Assembly (NCBI RefSeq): GCF_004010195.1 | Contig: NC_057752.1 | Coordinates: 427,942 to 491,941, forward strand | Origin: Chiloscyllium plagiosum | Lineage: Eukaryota | Direction: 5' to 3' | DNA: 64,000 bases | In this document: in pieces, positions 1 to 12,444 of the stretch | How positions within the stretch are numbered: the stretch's first letter is position 1 | Layout: every line of letters starts with the position of its first letter | Translations under genes and position numbers: made by a program | Notes under the pieces: generated by a model | Seen by the model: the letters and a program-made list of their open reading frames with translations, nothing else | What the model was told of the DNA's origin: nothing | Database searches by the model: none

Positions 1-2150
1 CCGTCCCTTTACCTGCGAACATCTGCCTCCAATCAGCTTTTGAAAGTTCTTGCCTAATACCGTCAAAATTGGCCTTTCTCCAATTTAGAACTTCAACTTT
101 TAGATCTGGTCTACCTTTTTCCATCACTATTTTAAAACTAATAGAATTATGGTCACTGGCCCCAAAGTGCTCCCCCAGTGACACCTCAGTCACCTACCCT
201 GCCTTATTTCTGAAGAGTAGGTCAAGTTTTGCAGCGTCTCTATTTGGTACATCCACATACTGAATCAGAAAGTTGTCTTGTACACACTTAACAAGTCCCA
301 GTCTATGTTTAGAAAGCTAAAATCAGCTACCATAACCACCCTATTATTCTTACAGATAACTGAAATCTCCTTACAAATTTGTTTCTCAATTTCCCTCTGA
401 CTATTCGGGGATCTATAGCACAATCCCAATAAGGTGATCATCCCTTTCTTATTTCTCAGTTCTATCCAAATAATTTCTCTGGATGTATTTCCGGGAATAT
501 CCTCCCTCAGTGCAGCTGTAATGCTATCCCTTATCAAAAACGCCACACCCCCTCCTCTCTTGTCTCCCTTTCTATCCTTCCTGTAGCATTTGTATCCTGG
601 AACATTAAGCTGCCAGTCCTGTCCATCCATGACCATGTTTCAGTAATTGCTATGATATCCCAGTCCCATGTTCCTAACCATGCCCTGAGTTCATCTGCCT
701 TCCCTGTTTGGCCCCTTGCATTGAAATAAATGCAGTTTAATTTATCAGTCCTACCTTGTTCTCTGCTTTGTCCCTGCCTGCCCTGACTGTTTGACTCGCT
801 GCTGTTCTCAACTGTACCAGTCTCAGATTGATTTCTTTCCTCACAATCTCCCCCCGACCCCACCCCCCACCTTACTAGTTTAAATCCTCTCGAGCAGCTC
901 TCGCAAATCTCCCTATAGTATATTAGTCGCTTTCCAATTTAGGTGCAATCCGTCCTTCTTGCACAGGTCACTTCTACCCCAAAAGAGATTCCAATGATCC
1001 AAAAATGTGAATCCTTCTCCCATACACCAGCTCCTCGGCCATGCATTCATCTGCTCTATCCTCCTATTCCTGCCCTCACTAGCTCGTAGCACCGGAAGTA
1101 ATCCAGATATTACTACTCTCGAGGACTTCCTTTTTAAATTCTTGCCTAACTCTCTTTAATCTCCCTTCAGAATCTAATCCTTTTCCCTTCCAATGTCATT
1201 GGTTCCAATGTGTACAACGACCTCCTGCTGGCCCCTGTCCCCCTTGAGAACATTCTGCACCCTCTCTGAGACATCCTTGATCCTGGCACCAGGGAAACAA
1301 CACACCATTCTGATTTTTCACTGCTGGCCACAGAAACGTCTGGACCTCAGACTGGAGAGTCACCTAACAAGATCAATCACTTGGAACCCGACATACCCCT
1401 CGTTGCATTAGAGCCAGTCTCAAACCCAAAACTTGGCTGTTCATGCTATGTTCCCCTGAGAATCCATCAGCCCCTACCTTTTCCAAAACAGCATACTTGT
1501 TTGAAATGGGGATAGCCATAGAAGACTTCTGCACTACCTGCCTACCTCTCTTATCTTTCCTGGAGTTAACCCATCTATGTGACTGTATCTGCAACTTTTC
1601 TCCCTTCCTATAACTGCCGTCCATCACACCCCCTTGCTCTTGTAAATTCCTCATTGCCTCTAACTGTCTCTCCAACTTGTAAATTCCTCATTGCCTCTAA
1701 CTGTCTCTCCAACCAACCCATTCGATCTGATAGGATTCGCAATCAATGGCATTTATTGTAGGTATAATCCTCAGTAACCTGTAAACTCTCCCTAAACTCC
1801 TACACCGACAAGAAGAGCATATCATTCTACTAAAGAGCATTTTTGCTCCTTCACAATGTACAGACCCAGAAAATAGCACTGTCTTATTCCTCTACAAAAC
1901 ACTGCTAAATTAATAGTTATGTCTTCTATTTTAAGTTTAATCAAGAGACATATCTCAATAAAACACAATCAAGAAAGAACCCATTCTACTCACTACTGCA
2001 GGTTACTGTAAGGCCATTCTTAAATATTCACTTATCTGCTGCTGTGCTGTGACCTCTCCCAAACAGGTTCCTCCAAGATTAGTTGTGAATTTCATTGTTT
2101 GTTAATTTCCCCAGACGCACTCCAATGTCCAGCGATACATGAATTCAAAT
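1..2150 (-). mobile_element. CR1/HER1-type LINE, 5' part (5' UTR, ORF1 remnant, APE endonuclease start), disrupted
   Basis: KLNCIYFNARG..KADELRAWLGTWDWDIIAITETW, YKCYRKDRKGDKRGGGVA and LGLCYRSPNS are APE motifs. Upstream ORF1-like fragments are frameshifted. Confidence 0.85.
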
Positions 2151-4338
2151 GAAGCAAAAATCTTGGTGTGAGGTTTCTTGATATTCATCAATGCCACAGT
2201 CTTTGATCAGGAGATTAAAAACCCAAGATTGGGCTGATTATTGCATTCTGCTACCTTCAGCTGCAATATGGCCCACAATTATGAACAGGGTCTCAAAAGT
2301 ATCCTCAGTAATCCTGGAACGTAAAAAGCATTTGCCATTTCAGAAGGTTTGAGAGACCAGTTGACATATCCAGTCCCACTGATCATTGTGTCATTAAAAT
2401 TTTGAGAGTTTTCACCTCCACATTCTGTCCATTCAGTGCATTGATCAATCTTTGAGAAGTACTTCATGATTTCCAGTCTGACGTTTGCTTTTCCATAGTT
2501 TGGCCCTGTGCCCTCTCATCCTAAAAAGCATGTTCAGTTTGAAGTGTGTTCTAAGTTTGTGATAAAATCCATTTTTATATTGATTTATGTTATATAAGTC
2601 AGCAACCTGTGTGTATTTTAACATTCAGGGCATATCGTTCCACGACTGGTTACGTTTGATCCTGCCGAGGAATGGGGTGGGGTTTGTTGCAAGAATTTTA
2701 ATAGATCACTCGATCGGTTCAAGTGTTAGTCAGTTTGTCAGTGAAGGAGAGTTGGATGAGGTGACTCTGTATTGTTAAACTGCTCCATGCAGTTGAGACA
2801 AAGGACAATCCATGGGCAAGAGATTTCTGTTCACTAAAAAGAGAACTGGAGCTGTGCCAGTGATTAGATGCTGGAGTGCAGTCTTGTGATGCCCAATGGG
2901 ATGCACTGTCTGTAGAAGAAATTGAGCAACTAGGAAAAAAGAGGAGGGATGGCATTTTAGGTTAAGGACAATATGGCAATACTGGAATAAGAGGATGATT
3001 CAGGGGATTCAAAGATAGAATTGACTTAGCTAGAATTCAGGAATAAGAAGGTTGCAATTTACATTGCTCGGTGTAAGCTATAGACCACCAACTTGTGGGA
3101 AGGATGTAGAGGAAGAAATCTGCAAAGAAATTACAAAGATGTGTGAAGATTATAGTTATAATGGGGGACTTTAATTTACCACTATCACAGTCTATATGAA
3201 GATTATGTAAGGGGTAGCAAGGGACAGGAATTCCGAGATTACGTTGAGGAGAATTCCTGTAGCAGTACGTGTGAAGTTCAACAAGAAAGGAGACCCTGCC
3301 AGACCTGGTTCTTGGGAATGAGATGAGCCAAGTAGATCAAGTGCAGTGGGGGGACATTTAGAGGACAGTGATCATTGTATCTTAGGGTTTACAGTGACAG
3401 TGGAAATGACATTGATCAATCGGAAGTAAGAATAGTCAACTGGTGGTCAACTGACTTGAAATAGGCAAGAATGGAGCTTAGCCAGATAAACTGGAACCAG
3501 AGGTTGGTGGGAAAAATGGGCTACTTTCAAAGAGGAAAAGTCAAGATTATTCCCTCAAAAGGGAAAGGTGAATAAACAAATCCAGAGCTCCCTCGATAAC
3601 TGAGGAGATAGAATTAAGTTGAAGATAAAGTATGCTTATGACAGGTGTCAGCTAGAAATTCTAATTGAGAATTAAGCTGAATACTGAAGGTTCTGAAGGA
3701 AGGTGAAAAGCAATTAACAGAAGTGAATGGGGATTATGAGAAAAGATTGGCAGCTAAACTTAAAGAGAAATCGTAGTCTTCTATAAGCACATAAATAGTT
3801 AAAGATTGGTAAAAGAAGGAGGAGGAGGACCATTAGGAACCGAAAAGTAGATTTACACATCGAGACAAGGCATGACTGAGATGTTTAATGAATACTTTGC
3901 ATCTGCCTTTGCCTATGAGGCAGATGCTGTCAGGCCAGGTCACAGGTGTGGAAGCTCAGTCACTAGAAGGGTTTAAAGTTGATAAGCAGGATGTATTGCT
4001 GTCTGTAGTTAAAGTTGATAAGGCACCGGGACCGAATGAGATGCATCCAAGGATATTGAAGAAAGTGAAAGTGGAAATTGCAGAGGCGCGGGCAATAATC
4101 TTTCAATCTTCCCTAGCTTTGTGGGTGATGCTGGAGAACTTGAGAATTGCAAACATTACGTTCTTGTTTAAAACGAGTTGTAGAAAATAGGTCCACAGGC
4201 CAGTCATTTTAACTTCGGTGGTGGGGAAATCTCCAGAAACAACTATTTGCAATAGAATTAATCATCACATTGAAAACTCAGAAGAGTCAGCATGAACTTG
4301 TTCAGGGAAAATTATGTCTGACTAACTTATTGGGAAGT

Positions 4339-5365
4339 GTGGATGTATAGAGGATCTGGGTGTCCTTGTCCCCTCCCCCCACCTTGTCTCAGTCTCCCCT
4401 CCCCCCACCTTGTCTCAGTCAAATCCCTCGAACTCAGCACCGCCTTCCTAACCTGCAATCATCTTCCTGACCTCTCCGCCCCCACCCCACTCCGGCCTAT
4501 CACCCTCACCTTGACCTCCTTCCACCTATCGCATTTCCAAAGCCCCTCCCCCAAGTCCCTCCTCCCTACCTTTCCTCATTCCTGAAGAAGGGCTTATGCC
4601 CGAAACGTCGATTCTCCTGTTCCTTGGATGCTGCCTGACCTGCTGTGCTTTTCCAGCAACACATTTTCAGTCCTTGTACACTAGTTAATGAATGTAGACA
4701 GGCAGGCGCAGGAAGCAATTAGGAAGGCAAATGCTTTATTGGCTTTCGTTGCAAAGGATTTTAGTTCAGAAGTTGGGATGTTATACAGATGTTGGCAGTT
4801 ATACAAGGTCTTGATGAGACTACAGTAGAATATTACATACTGTTTTGGTCTCCCTACCCAAGAAAGGCTGTACTTGCCATCGAGGGAGTGCAGCAGAGCT
4901 TCACAAGGCTAATGTCGAGGCTGGCAGGACATCCTGTGGAGAGAGAGGTTCAACTGGGCCTGGATTCACTGGAATTTAGAATGATGAGAGGGGATCTGAT
5001 TGAAACATAAAATTCTCATGGGGCTGGACAGTCTAGATACAAGGCGGATACTACCATTCGTTGTAGAGTCTAGAATCAGTGGACACAGTCTCAGAATGTG
5101 AAGTAGACCATTTAGGACTGAGATGAAGAAACGTTTCTTCACTCAAACGGTGGTGAACCTATGGAATTCTCTATTACACAACGTTGTGGAGACCAAGTCA
5201 CTGAATATGTCCAAGAAAGAGATAAATGATAATTTTTTAGATTTTAAGGCATCGGGGGTATGTGAAGAAAGTGAGGATATGGCATTGAGACATGATCATA
5301 CTGTCCAGCAGAGCAGGCTTGAAGGGCAAATGGCCTACTCTGCTCGTTGTTTCGATGTTTATGGT
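4339..5365 (+). mobile_element. CR1 3' fragment nested in the older CR1
   Basis: FWSPYPRK..IEGVQQSFTRL, LEFRMMRGDLIET and RFFTQTVVNLWNSL. Short GAAGT repeat at 4334-4338 and 5366-5370. Confidence 0.75.
4370..4669 (+). mobile_element. Penelope-like 3' terminal repeat fragment with hammerhead core
   Basis: Flanked by 8-bp GTCCTTGT at 4362-4369 and 4670-4677. Closely similar to the terminus of the PLE at 52988-54075. Confidence 0.8.
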
Positions 5366-6121
5366 GAAGTTTTTTGAAGAGGTAACAGATGGTTAAGCAC
5401 AAGGATGTTAATGTGGTGTACATGGACTTCAAAACACATTCAGTACAGTGCCACACAACAGACTTGTAAGGAAGGTAATAGGTTATGTAATAAAAGGGCA
5501 GTAGCACCATGGATACAAAATTGGATGAGGGATCAGAAAAAAGAGTGACAGTTAATGGCATTTCTCAGGCTGGAGTACTGTTGATAGTGGAATTCCTCAG
5601 GGCTTGACATTGGGACCTTTGTTTTTCCCGATTAAATATAATTAATCCAGATCTTGGTGTGCAGGGAACAACTTCAAAGTTTACAAATGACACAAAATTT
5701 GGAAGAAGAGAACAGTGTAGAACTTCAAAAAGGCATTGATAAGTTGATGGAGTGGGCAGATAGGCATCAGATGAAGTTCAATGCAGAGAAATGTGAGGTG
5801 ATACACTAATCTTTGGTACAAAGAACATAGTGAGTATAAAATAAAGGGTATTATTCTAAAGGAGCAGAGAGACTTGGGAGTATAGTTGCATCAGTCATTG
5901 AAGGTGGCAAGACAGGTAAAGAGAGCAGTTAGTAAAGCATATGGTGTCCAAGGCTTCATTAATAAGGACATAGAATACAAGAGCAGGGAGGTTATGCTGA
6001 ACCTATATTGGACACTGGTTAAACCTTAGCTGGAGTATTGTGTATAGTTCTGGGTGTCACACTCGAGAAAAGCTAAAAATACATTGGAGCGAGTGTAGCA
6101 GAGGTTTATGAGAAAGTTTGG

Positions 6122-8295
6122 TTAGAGTCATAGAGTCCTACAGCATGGAGACAGATCCTTTGGCCCAAACTGGTTCATGCCGACCAAAATGTTCATCTAC
6201 GCTAACCCCATTTCCCTGCACTTGGCCCATATCCTTCAAACCTTTCTTATCTATGTATTTGTCCAAATGCCTTTTAAATGTTGTTAATGTATCTGCCACA
6301 ACAACTTGCACTGGTAGCTCATTCCATATGTGTACCATCCTCTGTGTAAAAAAGTTGCCACTCAGGTTACCTTTCATTCTTTGCCCTCTAACCTTAAACT
6401 GATGCCCTCTAGTCCTCGATTCCTCAACCCTGGGAAAAAGACTAAGTGCATTCACCCTATCCATGCCTCTCACGACCTTATACACCTCTATAAGGATCCC
6501 CCCCAGTCTCCTACACTCTAAAGAAAATAGTCCCAGCTTGTCTAATCTCTCCCTATAACTCAGACCATTGAGTCCTGGCAACATCTTTGTAAATTTCTTC
6601 TGCACTCTTTCCAGTTTAATAACATCCTTCCTACAACAAGGTGACCAAAACTGAACAAGTGCAACCTCACCAATGCCCTGCACAACCTCAACATAACTTT
6701 CCAAGTTCTATACTCAGTGCCCTGACTGATGAAAGCCAGTGTGCCAAAAGCCTTCTTCACTGCCCTGCCTATCTGTGACTTCACTTTCAGAGAACCGTGC
6801 ACCTGAACCCCAAGATCCCTTTGTCCCACTATACTCCTTAAGGCCCTACCATTCACCATGAAACTCCGACCTTGATTTGACTTTCCAAAATGCAACACCT
6901 CATACTTATCTATATTAAAATCCATCTGCATTTCCCGGCCCATTTCACCAGCTGATTAAGGTCCTGCTGCAATTTCTGATAACCTTCCTCACTGTCCACA
7001 ATACCGCCTGTTTTAGTGTCATCAGGAAACTTACTAATCATGCCTTGTACATTCTCATCCAAATCATTAATATAGTTAACAAACAACAATGGGTCTAGCA
7101 CCAACCCCTGAGACACTCCACTAGTCACAGGCCTCAAGTCCAACAAGCATTCTTCCACTATTACCCTCTGCGGCTTACCAGCAAGCCAACTGTGTATCCA
7201 ATTTGCCAGCTCCCCCTGGATTCCATGTGATTTGACCTTCCAGAGCAGCCTCCTATGCGGAAACTTATCAAAGGCCTTACTGAAATCCACATTGACCCTG
7301 CCCTTGTCAACCTTCCTAGTCACTTCATCAAAGGACTCTAACAAATTTGTGAGGCATGATCTCCCATGCACAAAACTGTGCTGACTGTTCCTAATCAAAC
7401 CCTATCTTTCCAAATTCATATATATCTCATCTCTCAGAATCTTCTCATGTAACCTACCTGACACAGATGTTAGGCTCACTGGTCTACAGTTCCCAGGTTT
7501 TTCTTTGCAGCCCTGAATGAATAAGGGCACAACATTTGCTACCCTCCAATCTTCTGGGACCTCACCCATGGCTAACGATGATGCAAAAATATCAGCCAGT
7601 GCCCCCGCAATTTCTTCTCCAGTCTCTTGCAGTGTTTTTGGATATATCTGGTCAGGACCAGGAGATTTATCCAGCTAATACATCCAACACCACCTCTACT
7701 GTGATATGGATTGAACCCAAGATATAATCAATAACTTCCCCAAGTTCCTAAGACTTCAAGTCTTTCTCCATCGTAAACACAGAGGAGAAATACTCATTGA
7801 GGACCTCGCCCATCTCCTGCGGTTCTACACATACATGTCCACTTTGGTCTTTGACGGGTCCTATTCTCTCTCTAGTTATTCTTTTTCCTTTAATACACTT
7901 AAAGAACCTCTTTGGATTCACCCTAATCTTCTCAACCAAGGCTATCTCATGTCCCCATTTTGCTCTCCCCGATTTCCTTCTTCTGTAAACTCCTGTATCC
8001 CCTATGGGTACTTCCAGGGATTCCCTTGATCCCAGCTGCCTGTACCTGACCATGTTTCCTTCTATTTTCTGGTCAAAGCCTCAATATCTCTTGTCATCCA
8101 GTGTTCCCTATTCCTGTCAATCTTGCCCTTCACCCTAACAGGAACATATGGGCCTTGAACTCTAGCTATCTCACTTTTAAAGGCCTCCCACTTGCCGGAA
8201 GTCCCTTTGCCTGCAAACAAGCTACTCCAATCAACCCCTGCAAGCTCCTGTCCTGTTCCATCAAAATTCACCTTGCCCCAATTTAGAACTTGACG
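6122..8295 (-). mobile_element. CR1/HER1 LINE, 5'-truncated, RT through 3' tail
   Basis: SQHSFVHGRSCLTNLLESFDEVT, VTSGVSQGLVLDPLLF, KFPDDTK and LERVQKKFTKMLPGL. Tail with CTATGACT-like repeat at about 6122-6140. Confidence 0.9.
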
Positions 8296-8334
8296 ATAGG
8301 TTGGAGAAGTTGGGACTATTTTCCTTGGAGAGGA

Positions 8335-8900
8335 GGTGAGTCATAGAATATTACAGCACAGAAAGTGACTTTCGATCAATTGTATCTGTGCCAATCATCA
8401 AAAACCTATCTACTCTAATCCTATTTCCCAGTACTTGGTCCATAGCCTTGTATGTCATGGGGTTTCAAGTGTTCATCTAAACGCTTCTTATATGTCGTAA
8501 TGGTTTTTGCCTCTATAACCCTTTCAGGCAGTGGGTTCCAGATACTCATCACCCTCTGGATGACAATATTCTCCTTAAATCCCCTTTAAATCTCCTGCCC
8601 CTTACCTTAAATCTAACCCTAACCCTAAATGACCCCTCTATTTAGGGAAAAGGTTTATTCCTGTCGACCCTATCTAAGCACCTCACAATTTTGTAGCCCT
8701 CAATCAGGTTTTCCATCCCCTCCCTCCTTAGTCTTTTCTGTTCCAAGGAAAACAACCCTACCTTATGTAGAATCTCTTCATAGCTGGAATGCTCCAGCCT
8801 GGACAACATTCTAGTGAATCTCCTCTGTAACTCCTCCGGTGGAATCATATCCTTCCTATAGTATGGTGATGAGAACTGCACAAAAAATCCCAAAGAACTG
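8335..8900 (-). mobile_element. CR1 3' fragment
   Basis: VQFSSPYYRKD..EELQRRFTRMLSRLEHSSYEE. Confidence 0.75.
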
Positions 8901-9964
8901 TGGATTCTTGTTATATTTGTTTGCTGCTGCTCCTTTTGGTCTTCAATCCTGCAAGAATGATTTCTTCTTTGTTCTGTTTCATCTAAAGAAAAAAGTCCCA
9001 GCTTCATACCAAGTAACAATATTTATGTTATCCAAATGTCACACAAATGAGGTACATGAGTTCTAATTACTTTGAAGATCTCTAGTGGGTTTATTTATAG
9101 CTAAACTAATATGTAGAATACAGAGTAAACTCCAGACACAGCCAGTGCCTCTAATGCTACAGTGCAGAGATCCTTATAGTCATGTGACAATTTGCATGTT
9201 AACCTCTTAAACAGCCGTCACTCCAAAGTTGATAATACGCTATTTGTCATTGTAGGACAAGTAGTTTGTTGTGATAAGACATTCTATGACTTTCTACACC
9301 TAATGATTTGCCTGAGTACATTGATAACTTTATTTCTGTAGTGCCCTTAATGCAGTAAAATGTCCCAAATCACTTTGCAGGAGCATTACCAAGCAAAAAT
9401 TTGACTCTGAATCTTATCAGGAGATATGAGGACAGCAGAAGGAGAAAGCTGGAAAGATTTAGAGAGGGAATCTCAGTGCTTGAGCCTGAGGCATCTGAAG
9501 GCATGACCACCAATGGTGGAGTGATGGAAGTCAGTGATATGATAGGCCAAAATGAAGAGCTGTCAGAGCATTGTAGAATTGTAGGCAAAGGAGCTGGTAA
9601 CAAATGGAGTTTTTAAAGAGGTGATGAGGAGCGGAGCATTGCAGAGCCCTGGAAGGACCTGAGTATGAGGGATGAGAATTTTGAACAAGACATATTGTTC
9701 AGGACCCACCATCGGTCAGTGAGCACCGTTTACTATAAAAGGTCCAAACATCAGCAAAAAATATCAGTTTCTGAATCTCATAAAATCCAACCATCAAGGA
9801 AGCAGTCCCATTTTCTCAGCAGTTAGGACTTGTACTCACTGTGCAACTGTGAGTTTTGGTTTATTCAGCAGGACAGTGTCTTCCTGCAAATGAAATGGTA
9901 CTACCTGTTACACTGATTCAGGTAGATGTTAAAGATCCCTATTCAAAGCATTTTTTGGAGCACT

Positions 9965-10885
9965 GTAAGATTAGAAACAGACATACGCCATTCAGCCCTA
10001 TAAGCCTGCTCTATCATTCAATAGGATTGTGGCTGATCCAACATTCTTCACATCCATCTTCCTGGAACCTTTGATTCCTCAACTGAACAAGAATCTATTT
10101 CAGTCTTAAATATACATAAGAACTTTGCCCCCACAGTTCTCTATGGCAAGAAGTTCCAAAGATTCTTGACTTTCTGAGAGAAGATATTCTGAAATAAGAT
10201 ACTAGTCTTAAATTGGCATCCCTTTATTCTGAGCCAATGCCCACTGGACTTAGACTCTCCCATAAGAGGAAAATTCTTGAAGTATTTATCCTGTCAAGCC
10301 CTTTAAGAATCCTCTCTGTTTCAATGAGATCACCTTTCATTCTTCTAAATGTCAGTGAGTAGAGTCCAAACCTGTTTAGCCTTTGCTCTGAAGACAATCC
10401 TTCCATACCAGGGATCATCCTCGTGAACCTTCTCTGAACTGCCTCCAATGAAATAATATATTTCCTTAAATAAACACCTTGTACAGTTGCAGTGAGACTT
10501 CCCTACTCTTATACTCCAACCCCCTTGAAATAAGGGCCCACATTCCATAAGCCTTCCTGATTACCTGCTGCACCTGAATGCTAGCTTTCTGTGCTTTGTG
10601 TACAAGTAACCTCTATCTGCAGTTTTTCTTAATTTAAATCATACTGTTTTGTTTTCCCTTCCAAAATGAACAACTTCACATATTCCCTCATTATACTCTC
10701 ATTTGCTAACTTTTTGCTCACTTACTTAAACTGTCAATATCTCAGTAAACTCTTTGTATCCCTCTTGCAATTTGCCTTTCCACTTACTTTTGTGCCATCT
10801 GCAAACTGGATACAGTGCATTCATTTCCTTTCACCAAATCATTAATATACATTATAAACAGTTGTGATCCCAGCACTGATCCCCG
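9965..10885 (-). mobile_element. CR1 3' fragment
   Basis: EAVQRRFTRMIPGMEGLS.EQRLNRFGLYSLTFRRMKGDLIET. Confidence 0.8.
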
Positions 10886-10894
10886 ATGAATCCC

Positions 10895-11412
10895 ACTGGA
10901 AAGAGGTTGTGAAATTTGAAAGGGTTCAGAAAAGATTTGCAAGAATGTTGCCAGGGTTGGAGGATCCTAGCTATGGGGAGAGGCTAAATAGGCTGGGGTT
11001 GTTTTCCCTGGAGTGTCGGAGGCTGAGGAGTGACCTCATAGAGGTTTACAAAATTATGAGGGGCATGGATAGGGTAAATAGACAAGATATTTTTCCCCCA
11101 GGGTGGGAGAGTCCAGAACTAGAGGGCATAGGTTTAGGATGAGAGGGGTAAGATATAAAAGGGACCTAAAGAGGCAACATTTTCACGTAGAGGATGGTGC
11201 GTGTATGGAACAAACTGCCAGAGGAAGTGGTGGAGGCTGGTACAATTACAGCATTTAAAAGATATCTGGATGGGTATATGAATAGGAAGGGTTTGGATAG
11301 ATATAGGCCAAGCGCTGGCAAATGGAACTAGATGAGGTTAGGATATCTGGTCAGCATGGATGGGTTGGACCAAAGGGTCTGTTTCCGTGCTGTACATCTC
11401 TATGACTCTATG
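10895..11412 (+). mobile_element. CR1/HER1 3' fragment with tail
   Basis: FERVQKRFARMLPGLEDPSYGERLNRLGLFSLECRRLRSDLIEVYKIM. Ends in CTCTATGACTCTATG. Confidence 0.85.
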
Positions 11413-11419
11413 TAACCCT

Positions 11420-11740
11420 AGGTTATCTGAGAACCCTCTGATTTCTTCTAATTTTGGTCGCCTGAGCATCTGATTTCCATCGCCCCACCATCAATGGCTC
11501 TGCTTTTAGCTGGCTCTGACCCCCAAGCTTTGGAATTCTCTCCCTAAATGTCTTCACTTTGCTATCTCATTCTTCTTGAAGATGCTGTGTCAAACCTGTT
11601 TCTTTAACCAAACTTTTTGTTATCTGACCTAAGAACTCCTATGTGGTTTGGTGTCAAATTTTGTTTTAAAAGCTTCTGTGAAGCACCTTATGCCATTTTA
11701 TAATGTTAAAGGCATTATATAAATACAAAATCATGTTGAT
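11420..11740 (+). mobile_element. Old L2-like 3' end repeat (related copies near 17250-17545, 36120-36335, 57720-57980; reverse near 9340-9700)
   Basis: Recurring TGGAATTC.CTCCCTAAA...TGGTGTCAAA...TGTGAAGCACCTT...TATATAAAT tail across copies. The L2 assignment is inferred from the tail. Confidence 0.5.
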
Positions 11741-12444
11741 AGTTATTTATAGTTGTATAACAATTACTTATGAAACAAGCTGGTGACATGTATATCAACT
11801 ATCGCCTGAGACACAGTTTAACAAATACTCACGGAACTCTTAAGTCAACAGAACGTTACAATGCTGCAAACTGAATACTGAGAACATTCACCATTATATA
11901 ACCTGCAGAGCAAGGATTTATCTTGCACTCTGACATCCACACCAGCATGTGCATGATTTATTCCTTGTTGGATCATAAATATTTATCTGAGACTGAGATT
12001 CAATTTAAATGTGCCTTGGACCATTAGCATTCACAGGGAAAGTGGTGTGAAAGCTTAGACAAACTGTTTACGGCATTAAACTCATACGGTTAACTTTTTC
12101 TGACTTTAGGTGAACATATGTTGTGATGGGGTTATGGAAAGGGAAGACCTGATCTTCAGAACCTTGCATTGCTGATGTCACCTGGGACAGCAATAAGGAA
12201 AAGAGAACTCCATTTATACAATGTATTTTACAACTGAAGGACATGTTTTTCAGCAGATTAAGTATTTTTTGAACTGTAATCATTTTTTAAACATTCTCCT
12301 CTTTGGTTTCAAATCCCTTTATGGCTGTGCTAACCCCTACAAGGCCCATGGGGATCACTAATTAATCTCCTCTTGGAGCTCGACAACTATGAATTCCCTT
12401 GACAGCAGGAAATGGCCTGCTCAGCTAGAACTCATCACCTGAGA

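Larger units (their letters stand above)
2900..6115 (+). mobile_element. Old CR1-type LINE ORF2 (EN to RT), interrupted by nested insertions at about 4339-5365
   Basis: VDKAPGPNEMHPRILK and ENLRIANITFLFK motifs. TNLL..FFEEVT is split across the insertion, followed by GIPQG, KF.NDTK and CEVIH-like remnants. Confidence 0.8.
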
